From an uncultured Bacteroidales bacterium (GTDB lineage Bacteria; Bacteroidota; Bacteroidia; Bacteroidales; WCHB1-69), in NCBI GenBank assembly GCA_900319925.1, contig ONQE01000026.1:1-57924 (forward strand): 57,924 nt of DNA, in the 5' to 3' direction. Positions 7,523 through 16,103 of the stretch are shown here, one piece after another; position 1 is the stretch's first letter, and the number at the start of each line of letters is the position of its first letter. Position numbers and translations under genes: made by a program. Under the pieces are notes generated by a model that saw nothing but the letters and a program-made list of their open reading frames with translations, had not been told where the DNA came from and did no database searches.

Positions 7523-10500
7523 TTAATCCTTGAGGCAGCGAACGGAATAGCCCTGGTTCTTGCTGTTGGTAATGCTGGTTACGTAGGCGCTATTGTAGAA
7601 GAGGTGGCGGCGGTACGCGTCAAAGCCACTGGACTCGGTAGAACTCCAAAAGACGGCGGTGTAGCCGAAATTGCAAGAACCATTACCATTGATGTAGAAG
7701 CCCGCAGGCAACGCCCCGAAACATGTGGCGTTGTTGCTGGACGGCATGTTGCCCACATCACATTGGTTTTCACTGTAAGTCCATCCTGTGGTTGAGGCTA
7801 ACGCCTTGGCGACAAAGTTGTTGTTGTTGCCGCACAGATAGTTGCTCTGGCTACTGACATGGTTTTCCAGTTCACTCCACTCCGCGTCGCTTGGAACGTG
7901 CCACCCGTTGGGACATATACCCAGCACGCCGGAGGGAGAGGCATTGCTGGAAGAAGCCCCATGCATTACCGCAGCCCAGTTGTAAAGATAACCGTGTGTG
8001 GAAATAGTGCTGCTGCTGTTTGCTGGATAATAATAGAAATAATAGGGGTAGGCTGTTGAGGAGGAACTACCTGAAGATAGGGAAGTGCCATCCGCGTAAT
8101 GCGTAGTGCGGAGATTCTCCTGCATCCAGCACTGGTTTCCGATTTGCACCGTATTATAAACGTTTCCGTCATAGTCAGTGACAGTAGGTGTGTTAGGGCA
8201 AGAAACTTGTTGATTTGTCATGAAACTCACCTGGTTGCCATACGCCGTGCCCGCGTTGTTTGTGGCGTAGGCCCGCACATAGTAGGTGGTGTTTTGAGAC
8301 AAATCGGTAACACTGCTGGTAAAGGTGCCGGTACCGTTGCCGTCGGTGGTATGGTTGTTGCTTACCGTAGGGTTGGGCGAAGTACTCCAACACACCCCGC
8401 GGGCGGTCACAGATACACCGCCGTCAGCGGTCACGTTGCCGCCACAAGTGGCGGAGTTGGTTGTGATGTTGCTGGGCGCAGCGGTGAATACGGTGGGAAA
8501 GGAGACAAAAGTGGTGTCTCCACCACCTCCCGTCTCGTCTTTTATGCAACGGACGGAATAGCATTGTCGTATGCTGCCGAAACTCAATTGCCAGTAGATA
8601 TTGTTGGAGTAAAGGCTGAAGTCATAGAGGTATACTCCATACGAATCATCAGAATGTACGGTAGCACTCCAAAAGTGGGTGTCGCCACCGACAGCGTTGT
8701 AGCCGTTGTAGCTATAGTAGCCAGCGGGAAGGGCTGAAAAGCCCGTGCCGTTGTTGGCAGAAAGATCGTTGCCTATCACGCAGTAGCCATTCTCGGTGAT
8801 CCATCCCACCGTGTCCGCCAATGCCTTGACGATACTGTTTTCGTAACCGCATAAATGAATGCTTTGGCTACTCACAGAATCGGCCATTTGCTCCCACTCC
8901 ATTTTACTAGGCAAATGCCACCCAACGGGGCAGATGCCCCTGCGGTGGCCAGTGAACGTCACCGACATCTGGTTAGCGGGATCTGTATTCACACTTGTCT
9001 CCCCAAACATTGTATTGAACGTGTCCACCGCCGCATACCAGTTGTAGAGCAATCCGTATTTCATCGGGGCATACGTGGCGGATTCGTTGTTGTACCAGCG
9101 TGCCTGCTTACCCGTGTACGTACATACCGAATTGACATCCGGAATAAGGTAAGTTCCAGTACTCGGCGAAGTTGTGGTACGCAAATTTTCCCTCATCCAG
9201 CACTGGTTTCCGATCAGCACGGTGTTATAGACGTTGCCCTCATGGTCAGTCACGGTTGGAACACCAGGACAAGGAAGACCACCCTGTCCAGTGGTGCCAG
9301 AAGTGGTGGTAAAAGGCCATTGTTCCCCGTATGACGTACCCAGACTGTTGGTGGCATACGCCCGCACGTAATAGGTTGTGTTAGCGGCAAGCCCCGTGAT
9401 ATTGCTTGTAAAACCGCCCGTGCCACTGCCATCCGTGGTATGACTATCATTAAGGGTAGGATTATGCGATGTACTCCAGCACACTCCACGGGAAAAGACG
9501 GTATCGTTACCATCAGCTGTTACAGTTCCGCCGCAGATGGCAGAAACAGAAGAAATGCCAGTAGCAGGATTAGTGATGACTTGTGGCAAAGTCTGGTTGC
9601 TGCCAACACCGAGAACACAACGGACTGAAAGCCCTGAATTCTTATAACTCGAGTTACCACTTATGTATGTGTTGTCGGCAGACAAGTACTGGGAGGATGC
9701 ATAATCAACAGAAGTACCATTGGAAGTCCAAAAATAAGCGTATTGGCCTGCCCCATAGAGGCCTGCCCCTTGGAATCCCAAACTGTACCACTCACCTGCC
9801 GGAACGGCCGAAAAACCGGTAGCATTGTTTGTGGACGGGCTGTTGCCTATAGCGCAACTGGTGGAACTATTTTGCCATCCCGTTGTAGAAGCCAAAGCCT
9901 TAGCGATAGAATTATCACATTGGTACTGGCTTTGACTGCCCACATAAGAACTCAATTGCCACCATTCATCAAGGCTGGGAACATGCCACCCAGTAGGGCA
10001 GATACCTTGAATACCACTTGGATTTGCATTAGAGGAACAAGCATTATGCATCACAGCAGGCCAATTGTACAGATAACCATAACCTAGCTGTGCCTGATAC
10101 GAAAGGATGTAATAGTACGGCAGAATATAGCTGCCTTCACCACTCATGTTGCCTACTGGTATGGACACACCATCGGCATAATGCGTGGTTCGCAGGTTCT
10201 CTTTCATCCAACATTGGTCACCAATCTGCACGGTATTGTAAGTGTTTCCGTCAATGTCGGTGAGGGTTGCGGCATTTGGGCAAGGCTGCCCATCCATAGA
10301 CAAGGTCGTAAAACTCACCACATTTCCATACGCTGTCCCTACACTATTGGTGGCATACGCCCGCACATAATAGACTGTGTTTGCAGCCAACCCTGAGATG
10401 CTGCTGCCAAAACTGCCGGTACCGCTGCCGTTTGAAGTGTGGCTGTCATTGAGAGTTGGGTTCTGTGAAGTACTCCAACATACACCTCGTGCCGTGACAG

Positions 10501-11602
10501 GAGCAGCCACAACACTGTTCACATAGTTGTTCCCGCAATAGGCTGAGTTTCCTGTAACGTTGCTCACCGTACCCGTTGTTACCTCTGGTAAAGTGGCTGA
10601 TGTTGTGAAACTCACCTCGTTGCCATACGATGTGCCCACACTGTTTCGGGCGTATGCCCGCACATAATAGGTTCTGCCGGCATAAAGTCCAGTCAAACTG
10701 CTGGTGAAAGCACCCGTTCCGCTGCCATTCGTAGTATGGTCACCGCTAATAGTTGGGTTATGCGACAAACTCCAGCAAACACCCCTTTCCGTAACGGCCG
10801 CACCGCCGTCACTGGTTACGTTGCCGCCGCAAGTGGCTGCGTTAGACGTGATGCCACTTACTGTATTGGTGGAGACTGTTGGCATGTAGTATATTTGCGT
10901 TTCCGCAAACTGCAATGTGAATAATTGCGACGATCCCTGCGCTTGTGTGATGCGCTGGCTCTCCGCTTCCGTGTTGTTAATGAAGGCATAACCCACATAT
11001 TCCATTTGGTCGCCGAAATTGAAAGGATTGTTAGTGCTGGATTTCAACACGACGGTAATGGTCTGTACCATGCCAAGATAGTCTAATGTGTTGCTACCAC
11101 CTCCGCCGTTGCAAATCATCTTGATGGAGGATGTCTTCCCATTCTGGCGGGCGGTCATCACGTAAGTACCCGCGGTGGACAAGGAAATGCGGAATTGATG
11201 ATTTCCCGGTTGTAGAGATACAAGATTTTGTGTCTCTATGATGCGTCCATTCATATCCTTGATGTCCAAATCAACCTTGCCTTCATCCACTGTTGTCAGG
11301 CTCACCTCAGTAGTGCCACTGAAGGGGTTTGGATTGTTCTGCGACAGAACGAATCCGCCGTCCAAAGTGTGGTCGTCAATGTCCGTGCCGTTCTGCATAG
11401 TCAGCACCGTGTCGGGCCAGTAAATGGTCTCCTGCCAGCTCTTGGTCAGATTGGTTATGATAACCCTGTTAAGCTGCACATAATGGTTTGCAGCGTCCTT
11501 TGCGGTGAAAGTGAGGGTGACGGTCTGGGCGGCCAATCCGAAGGATGCAGCCGCTAAAATAAGAAATAAAAGCCCTTTTGGGCAGATATTCTTTTCTGTC
11601 AT
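7523..11602 (-). CDS. Secreted 1359-aa surface protein: signal peptide, N-proximal T9SS-CTD/FlgD-like domain, 4 FN3-like repeats, 3 Fib_succ_major (FISUMP) domains
   Basis: LAAQ signal cleavage; LSQNNPNPF..DMNGRII..AGTYVM; repeats of CGGNVT.DGG..V..RGVCWS..YYVRAYA.N..GT.YG; three D.DGN.YNTV.IG.QCWM.ENLRTT..G.LYNW.A..ICP.GWH.PS..FW..SVRC domains. Confidence 0.9.
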   Translation of the reverse strand: MTEKNICPKGLLFLILAAASFGLAAQTVTLTFTAKDAANHYVQLNRVIITNLTKSWQETIYWPDTVLTMQNGTDIDDHTLDGGFVLSQNNPNPFSGTTEVSLTTVDEGKVDLDIKDMNGRIIETQNLVSLQPGNHQFRISLSTAGTYVMTARQNGKTSSIKMICNGGGGSNTLDYLGMVQTITVVLKSSTNNPFNFGDQMEYVGYAFINNTEAESQRITQAQGSSQLFTLQFAETQIYYMPTVSTNTVSGITSNAATCGGNVTSDGGAAVTERGVCWSLSHNPTISGDHTTNGSGTGAFTSSLTGLYAGRTYYVRAYARNSVGTSYGNEVSFTTSATLPEVTTGTVSNVTGNSAYCGNNYVNSVVAAPVTARGVCWSTSQNPTLNDSHTSNGSGTGSFGSSISGLAANTVYYVRAYATNSVGTAYGNVVSFTTLSMDGQPCPNAATLTDIDGNTYNTVQIGDQCWMKENLRTTHYADGVSIPVGNMSGEGSYILPYYYILSYQAQLGYGYLYNWPAVMHNACSSNANPSGIQGICPTGWHVPSLDEWWQLSSYVGSQSQYQCDNSIAKALASTTGWQNSSTSCAIGNSPSTNNATGFSAVPAGEWYSLGFQGAGLYGAGQYAYFWTSNGTSVDYASSQYLSADNTYISGNSSYKNSGLSVRCVLGVGSNQTLPQVITNPATGISSVSAICGGTVTADGNDTVFSRGVCWSTSHNPTLNDSHTTDGSGTGGFTSNITGLAANTTYYVRAYATNSLGTSYGEQWPFTTTSGTTGQGGLPCPGVPTVTDHEGNVYNTVLIGNQCWMRENLRTTTSPSTGTYLIPDVNSVCTYTGKQARWYNNESATYAPMKYGLLYNWYAAVDTFNTMFGETSVNTDPANQMSVTFTGHRRGICPVGWHLPSKMEWEQMADSVSSQSIHLCGYENSIVKALADTVGWITENGYCVIGNDLSANNGTGFSALPAGYYSYNGYNAVGGDTHFWSATVHSDDSYGVYLYDFSLYSNNIYWQLSFGSIRQCYSVRCIKDETGGGGDTTFVSFPTVFTAAPSNITTNSATCGGNVTADGGVSVTARGVCWSTSPNPTVSNNHTTDGNGTGTFTSSVTDLSQNTTYYVRAYATNNAGTAYGNQVSFMTNQQVSCPNTPTVTDYDGNVYNTVQIGNQCWMQENLRTTHYADGTSLSSGSSSSTAYPYYFYYYPANSSSTISTHGYLYNWAAVMHGASSSNASPSGVLGICPNGWHVPSDAEWSELENHVSSQSNYLCGNNNNFVAKALASTTGWTYSENQCDVGNMPSSNNATCFGALPAGFYINGNGSCNFGYTAVFWSSTESSGFDAYRRHLFYNSAYVTSITNSKNQGYSVRCLKD
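11212..11239. repeat. GTAG-type REP-like 28-bp palindrome inside coding sequence (encodes IETQNLVSLQ)
   Basis: gtagagatacaagattttgtgtctctat; its minus strand matches the intergenic copy at 46476-46503 at 20/28 positions. Confidence 0.65.
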
Positions 11603-11661
11603 ATTGGTTTATTTTGTTGATGAATTATTCTTTTGTTATTAATTGAAATTGTTGTTTTCAG

Positions 11662-11743
11662 CTGCTTAGGTGTGCAACCGCTTTCCTCAAAGAAGGCGCG
11701 GCCTGTCTTTGTCGTCAAAGAGGTTCTAGCAAAACCCAAGCAG
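11662..11743 (-). ncRNA. Candidate structured cis-regulatory leader RNA (multi-stem junction)
   Basis: Minus strand: CUGCUUGGG/CCUAAGCAG closing stem enclosing CCU-CUUUG(ACGA)CAAAG-AC-AGG and CCGC..GCGG hairpins; lies in the 5' leader of the 1359-aa gene. Confidence 0.45.
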
Positions 11744-11750
11744 AAAAAAA

Positions 11751-11840
11751 AAGAACGCCGTGAAATCCCTCTTCGGTGATTTCACAGCGCAAAAATAATA
11801 TCTAAACCGATTGGTGGTTTGGTCCGAATTGGTCCGAATT
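11751..11840 (-). promoter_or_regulatory. Operator/promoter/leader-hairpin block, copy 2
   Basis: GGTCCGAATTGGTCCGAA at 11821-11838; -7 box at 11790-11797; hairpin followed on the minus strand by GTTC-T9. Confidence 0.8.
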
Positions 11841-11850
11841 AAGGGTGCTA

Positions 11851-13293
11851 TCAGTCGAAAAGGTCGTCTAAGGTGACGCTGCATTGGATGACGGAGCTGT
11901 TCTTGCCCGGGACAATTCCGAACGTGGAGATCAGGGTGGTGAGGATGGTGGCGCGCGTTTTCACAGATTCCCTGAAGACGGCCACCTTTTGGCGCAACTT
12001 GTCCGCGTAGTCCTTGGTGATAAGAAACGGCTCGTTGGCGCAGAATTTGATCTCGCACAGGTTGATGGCCCTGTCGCCGCGTTCCAACACCAGGTCTATT
12101 TGAGCCCCGGCGTCTTGTGCATCCCGGTCCCACCAGGAGAACGCATTGCAAAGGACTCCGGAAATTCCCAAGCCGCGCTTGATTTGCTCCACATGGGTCA
12201 AACATATCAGCTCAAAAGTGAGACCGTTCCAGACCTGTGTCGCAGGGGTGTTGATGGTGTGAGACCAAAACCTCGGGTCCAGTCCTTCCTTCCCTTTGAT
12301 GAACTTCAAGTAAAACAAGGTGTAAAAATCGCACAGCCTGTATTTTATGTCTCTTTTCTTGTCCATGGAATAGTATGAGGAGATGAAGAAGCAGTTCTTC
12401 AGATCCCTGAGATAACGGCTGATGTCACCGCCGCATTTCTTGCCTAACAATGCGCATATTTCGGTCCGCGAATACCCTGCCTTTTTGCCGGCAAGAATTT
12501 CGATGATGTGCCTGTAGGTTTCCGGCTTTTTGAATAAGGAACTAAACAGCCGGTCGTATTCACCGGACAAGGGGGCACCCTGGCTGAAGAACAGCTCGTC
12601 AATGTTTTGCGCGAGACTTTTCCCTCGTTTCAGTTGTCGCAGATAGTAAGGGATGCCCCCCATCACCATATAGCAACGCAATATCTCGATTCTGTCGTAA
12701 GCGAAGCCCCGGCTGCTGAGATACGACTCCGTTTCAGACAGGGTGAAAGGGGATATCAACATCGGATGAGTGATGCGGTTGTACAAGCCCCCCGTGTTGT
12801 TGATGACGTTGTCGATGATGTATGAGGTGGCGGAACCGCAAACGATGAACATCAGATTGGATCTGTGAGCTGCCCAGTCGTTCCAGAAATGCTCCAATGC
12901 GGTGATGAATCCGGAAGAGGGAGTGTCCATCCATGGCAGCTCGTCAATGAAAACCACCTGCCGCTCTTGGTTGTCCGCATTGGTCAACAGGTCTTGGAGG
13001 TTGTTGAAGGCCTCAAACCAATCCGAAGGTTTCTCGTATTCCCGAATCCCATATTGATTCAGAGCCGTTTGGAAGTTTTCCAACTGCCGTTCCTTCAGGT
13101 TGATGTTGTCGGATTCGATTGGGGAGAGTCCTGTCACGCAAAAATCGAACCGATTTTGGAAAAAATGGTGGACCAAAAAGGTTTTCCCCACGCGTCGCCT
13201 GCCGTAAATTACGATGAATTCTGCCTCGCGAGAATCGTAATATTCTTGTAAATCAGTAAGTTCCTTCTTTCTTCCGATGATTTCTGCTGTCAT
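11851..13293 (-). CDS. AAA family ATPase (ATPase_2/archaeal ATPase type) with C-terminal PD-(D/E)XK-like domain
   Basis: IIGRKKEL, YGRRRVGKT (Walker A), VFIDELPW, IVCGSA, GGIPYYL, C-terminal AQIDLVLER..INLCEIKF. Confidence 0.88.
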   Translation of the reverse strand: MTAEIIGRKKELTDLQEYYDSREAEFIVIYGRRRVGKTFLVHHFFQNRFDFCVTGLSPIESDNINLKERQLENFQTALNQYGIREYEKPSDWFEAFNNLQDLLTNADNQERQVVFIDELPWMDTPSSGFITALEHFWNDWAAHRSNLMFIVCGSATSYIIDNVINNTGGLYNRITHPMLISPFTLSETESYLSSRGFAYDRIEILRCYMVMGGIPYYLRQLKRGKSLAQNIDELFFSQGAPLSGEYDRLFSSLFKKPETYRHIIEILAGKKAGYSRTEICALLGKKCGGDISRYLRDLKNCFFISSYYSMDKKRDIKYRLCDFYTLFYLKFIKGKEGLDPRFWSHTINTPATQVWNGLTFELICLTHVEQIKRGLGISGVLCNAFSWWDRDAQDAGAQIDLVLERGDRAINLCEIKFCANEPFLITKDYADKLRQKVAVFRESVKTRATILTTLISTFGIVPGKNSSVIQCSVTLDDLFD

Positions 13294-13421
13294 AATGCCC
13301 CTGTTTTATTTCTCCGCGAAGATACAAAATTTTTGTTCGCGGAGGAGTTTTAGGGGGTCGTTTTCCTCCGCGAACTGATTTTTTTTCGGTTCGTGGAGAT
13401 TTTGGCGGGGAGTGCTCGCCG

Positions 13422-13994
13422 TCACTCCCGCTCCCGCCGCACCTCCGTCAGCCCGCCTTTGTTGCCGACCACGAAGAGGGTGGGGGCGTTGTTGCCGTGC
13501 ACGAAGTTGTCGAGGTAGAGCGGCTCCCCGAGGATGAAGCAGGAACACGAAAAGGAATCGCCGGGCTTGAGCTTGGAGTTCTCGCTCTCCACCACCATGA
13601 AGCTCCCTTCGCCGAGATGGCGCAGCAGCACACGGCGGTCGGGCGACCAGGCGATGCGCACAAAACCCTCCTGCGGGATCTCGTCGGGATGCAGGACGCG
13701 GCCCAACACCGGGTTCGAGGATTCGCCCGCGCGGTCGTGGTTGGCCAGGAAATCGTCCCAGTCGTGAAAACCCACGCAACGGGCGAGGACCGAGAGGGTG
13801 GAGTAGCGGGTGGTGTCGTAACCCTCCACATAGCCCCAGATGCGCTTGAGGGTGGTCACCCCCAAGGTCTCCTTGCAGCGCTCCTGGATCACGCCGGTGA
13901 GGAACTGGAAGTCGGCGGGAGTCTTCATCTTGCGCGACACGGACTCCTCCACCATTTCGCGGAGTTGCAGGATTTCGGTTTCGTTGGGCTTCAT
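13422..13994 (-). CDS. Uncharacterised putative DNA-binding regulator (N-terminal HTH-like region, C-terminal beta-rich domain)
   Basis: Helical N-terminus TPADFQFL..LGVTTLKRIWGY..YSTLSVLARCVGFHDWDDF resembles an XRE-like HTH; its own promoter carries the repeated motif. The regulator function is inferred. Confidence 0.65.
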   Translation of the reverse strand: MKPNETEILQLREMVEESVSRKMKTPADFQFLTGVIQERCKETLGVTTLKRIWGYVEGYDTTRYSTLSVLARCVGFHDWDDFLANHDRAGESSNPVLGRVLHPDEIPQEGFVRIAWSPDRRVLLRHLGEGSFMVVESENSKLKPGDSFSCSCFILGEPLYLDNFVHGNNAPTLFVVGNKGGLTEVRRERE

Positions 13995-14013
13995 ACAGGA
14001 TTTTTTAGACGCG

Positions 14014-14061
14014 CAAAATTATAAAATTCAAACAACGGGAGACGGTCCGAATTGGTCCGAA
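14014..14061 (-). promoter_or_regulatory. Regulator promoter with operator copy 3
   Basis: -7 box TAATTTTG (14014-14021) and exact GGTCCGAATTGGTCCGAA (14044-14061); flanks are otherwise unrelated to copies 1 and 2. Confidence 0.75.
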
Positions 14062-14182
14062 CAATGACGCCGCTTCCCTTCACCTTCCTTGGAACCGTTC
14101 CGCGCGGCAAAAATACTATTTTTAAAGGTGAGATTTTTTTTTTCGAAAAAAATGTAACCTTTTTGATTTTTTGCATCTGTAT

Positions 14183-14339
14183 AGTGAATGGTGAATTGTG
14201 ATTAGTGTGATTAGTGAATTGTGATTGGTGAATTGTGATTGGTGAATAGTGATTGGTGAATTGTGATTGGTGAATTGTGATTGGTGAATTGTGATTGGTG
14301 AATTGTGATTGGTGAATTGTGAGTGAATTGTGATTAGTG
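14183..14339. repeat. Tandem repeat, 14-bp unit GTGAATTGTGATTG (paired heptamers), about 11 units
   Basis: Directly visible; no unique spacers. Confidence 0.95.
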
Positions 14340-14400
14340 CAATATTTTTGATGTGTTTTCGTTTAGTAGAATAGATATGAAGCGTTTTATAATTCGTAAG

Positions 14401-15030
14401 ATGATGAAAAAGAGTTTATTCCTGTTATTGTTGTGTGTGCCGTTCGGGATGGGGCTGTTTGCGCAAGGGGACGGCTCCGACTGGCGCCAGACGTTCAACC
14501 GGCACGAGTTCTCGCTCGCGGTCGGCGACCCGACGATGGCGAACAGAACCCGTATGGAGAAATTTTCCGGCAACACCATGACCTCCTGGTTGGACATTCC
14601 TACCTACACCGATGTCTATACTTCGGCGCCCATCACGTTGGGTTACCGTTTCCGGCTTCTGAAGTGGCTGTGGCTCGGCGGCGACATCACCTATTGCGGC
14701 TTCTTCGGCACCTCCCGCAACATCTATACGGAGGAACCGGTCTATAAGTATCGCGAAAATTCGGTGAGCATCATGCCCTCCATCCGCTTTTCCTACCTCA
14801 ACCGCGAGCACGTCACCCTCTACAGCGGTTTCACGTCGGGCTTGCGGATCGGTGTGGCGGAAGCCTACAACGAGAAGGACGTTTTTGTCCGGCTACCCTT
14901 CCAGGTGACCCTCTTCGGCGTTTCCGCCGGCAGTCAGAGCTGGTTCGGCTTTGCGGAACTCGGGGTCGGCTTCCAAGGATTCGCCAAGGCCGGCTTCGGT
15001 TACCGTTTTAACGGAAAGAAAAGACAATAA
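14401..15030 (+). CDS. Outer-membrane beta-barrel protein
   Basis: Signal peptide ending FAQ, amphipathic strands, C-terminal AGFGYRF; start re-called at MMKKSLF. Confidence 0.8.
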   Translation: MMKKSLFLLLLCVPFGMGLFAQGDGSDWRQTFNRHEFSLAVGDPTMANRTRMEKFSGNTMTSWLDIPTYTDVYTSAPITLGYRFRLLKWLWLGGDITYCGFFGTSRNIYTEEPVYKYRENSVSIMPSIRFSYLNREHVTLYSGFTSGLRIGVAEAYNEKDVFVRLPFQVTLFGVSAGSQSWFGFAELGVGFQGFAKAGFGYRFNGKKRQ

Positions 15031-15048
15031 CCTTAAAATCATGACAGT

Positions 15049-15993
15049 ATGAAAAAGATATCTTTGATATTAAGCATAGCTATCTTGTTGACGGCCCTCC
15101 TGAACAGCTGCAAGGTGGAGGATAATTCCGTCAAGCAGTTGAACGAGAACGGTATGGTACTCACGAGCTACTGGCAGGCGGCCACCTATCAGGCGCTGAT
15201 GTCCACTCCGAATACAGCGCTCCATCTCAACGCCTGGCTTTCGGCACCGGAGGAGGAACGTCCTGCAATCGAAGACAAATACTTTACCTACAGTAAACTG
15301 CGCCCCATTTCCGACCAAGAATGGGAGATTGTCTTCAATGGACGCACCCTTTGTCGCATCCAGACGGGCGGAACGTTGCTCTCGGCCCCTAACGCCGAAT
15401 GGACGGTGGTGGATTATGACCAATCCGGACTGGTTCGGGATATGCTTCCGTTCGGAAAGGACTCCGTGAGGATAACGTTACGACACATCGGGAACAAGTG
15501 GAGCGTGGAGACCGGTGTTCAGGAGGGGATGGCTTCCAGTGCCGACTATATCCCCTACTATCATCTCACCATCGAGCCCGAGTCTGGGGTGATTCCCGCC
15601 GATTTGAACGATTGCCGCTGTCTTGTCGAGGGATCCGGACGTTATGCTTTCCGCACGTACCGGTATGTGGACAATGCCCAAAATCCCGCGGAGATTCACA
15701 ATTACATCAACTTTGACTTGAGCGGGGCTGCCACGGACAATCTGTACCATTGGGCGGACGGTCTTCTGGTTATGCGGGTTTATGCGGACGTGAATGCATA
15801 CGAAGCAGGTGCTACCAACCGAGAGCAGTACGATGATTTGATCATTCGTGACCGGCTTTCCCTTCGTAGCGGTAGCCAGTACGCCGAGATTACCATGCAC
15901 GACGTGACGGAGACCTGGCCGGTGGGGCGCTTGGAAGAATTTGACCATTGGCAGTGCGGGAATTTCTTTGCTGCCTTGTTTGAACTGTTCTAA
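15049..15993 (+). CDS. Hypothetical lipoprotein
   Basis: MKK + hydrophobic core + lipobox LNSC. Confidence 0.75.
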   Translation: MKKISLILSIAILLTALLNSCKVEDNSVKQLNENGMVLTSYWQAATYQALMSTPNTALHLNAWLSAPEEERPAIEDKYFTYSKLRPISDQEWEIVFNGRTLCRIQTGGTLLSAPNAEWTVVDYDQSGLVRDMLPFGKDSVRITLRHIGNKWSVETGVQEGMASSADYIPYYHLTIEPESGVIPADLNDCRCLVEGSGRYAFRTYRYVDNAQNPAEIHNYINFDLSGAATDNLYHWADGLLVMRVYADVNAYEAGATNREQYDDLIIRDRLSLRSGSQYAEITMHDVTETWPVGRLEEFDHWQCGNFFAALFELF

Positions 15994-16049
15994 CCCGACT
16001 GCCGTTTTTTTGTAGTTCGGTTATCCCATAGTAATTCGGTTATCCCATA

Positions 16050-16084
16050 AAAAAAGGAACCATCCGTTTGGGTGGCTCCTTTTC
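16050..16084. terminator. Bidirectional intrinsic terminator between the lipoprotein gene and rnfC
   Basis: aaaaaaggaaccatcc-gttt-gggtggctcctttt between convergent genes. Confidence 0.7.
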
Positions 16085-16103
16085 TATGATCGATGTTCTG
16101 GGT

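Noticed and set aside
7380-13514. Autonomous mobile element or prophage between the direct repeats
   Set aside because: No integrase, transposase, relaxase or phage genes recognised; reported only as a duplication/capture finding.
14183-14339. Possible CRISPR array (also considered 40932-41092 and 3131-3194)
   Set aside because: Units are 7-14 bp, contiguous and lack unique spacers; no cas genes in the window.
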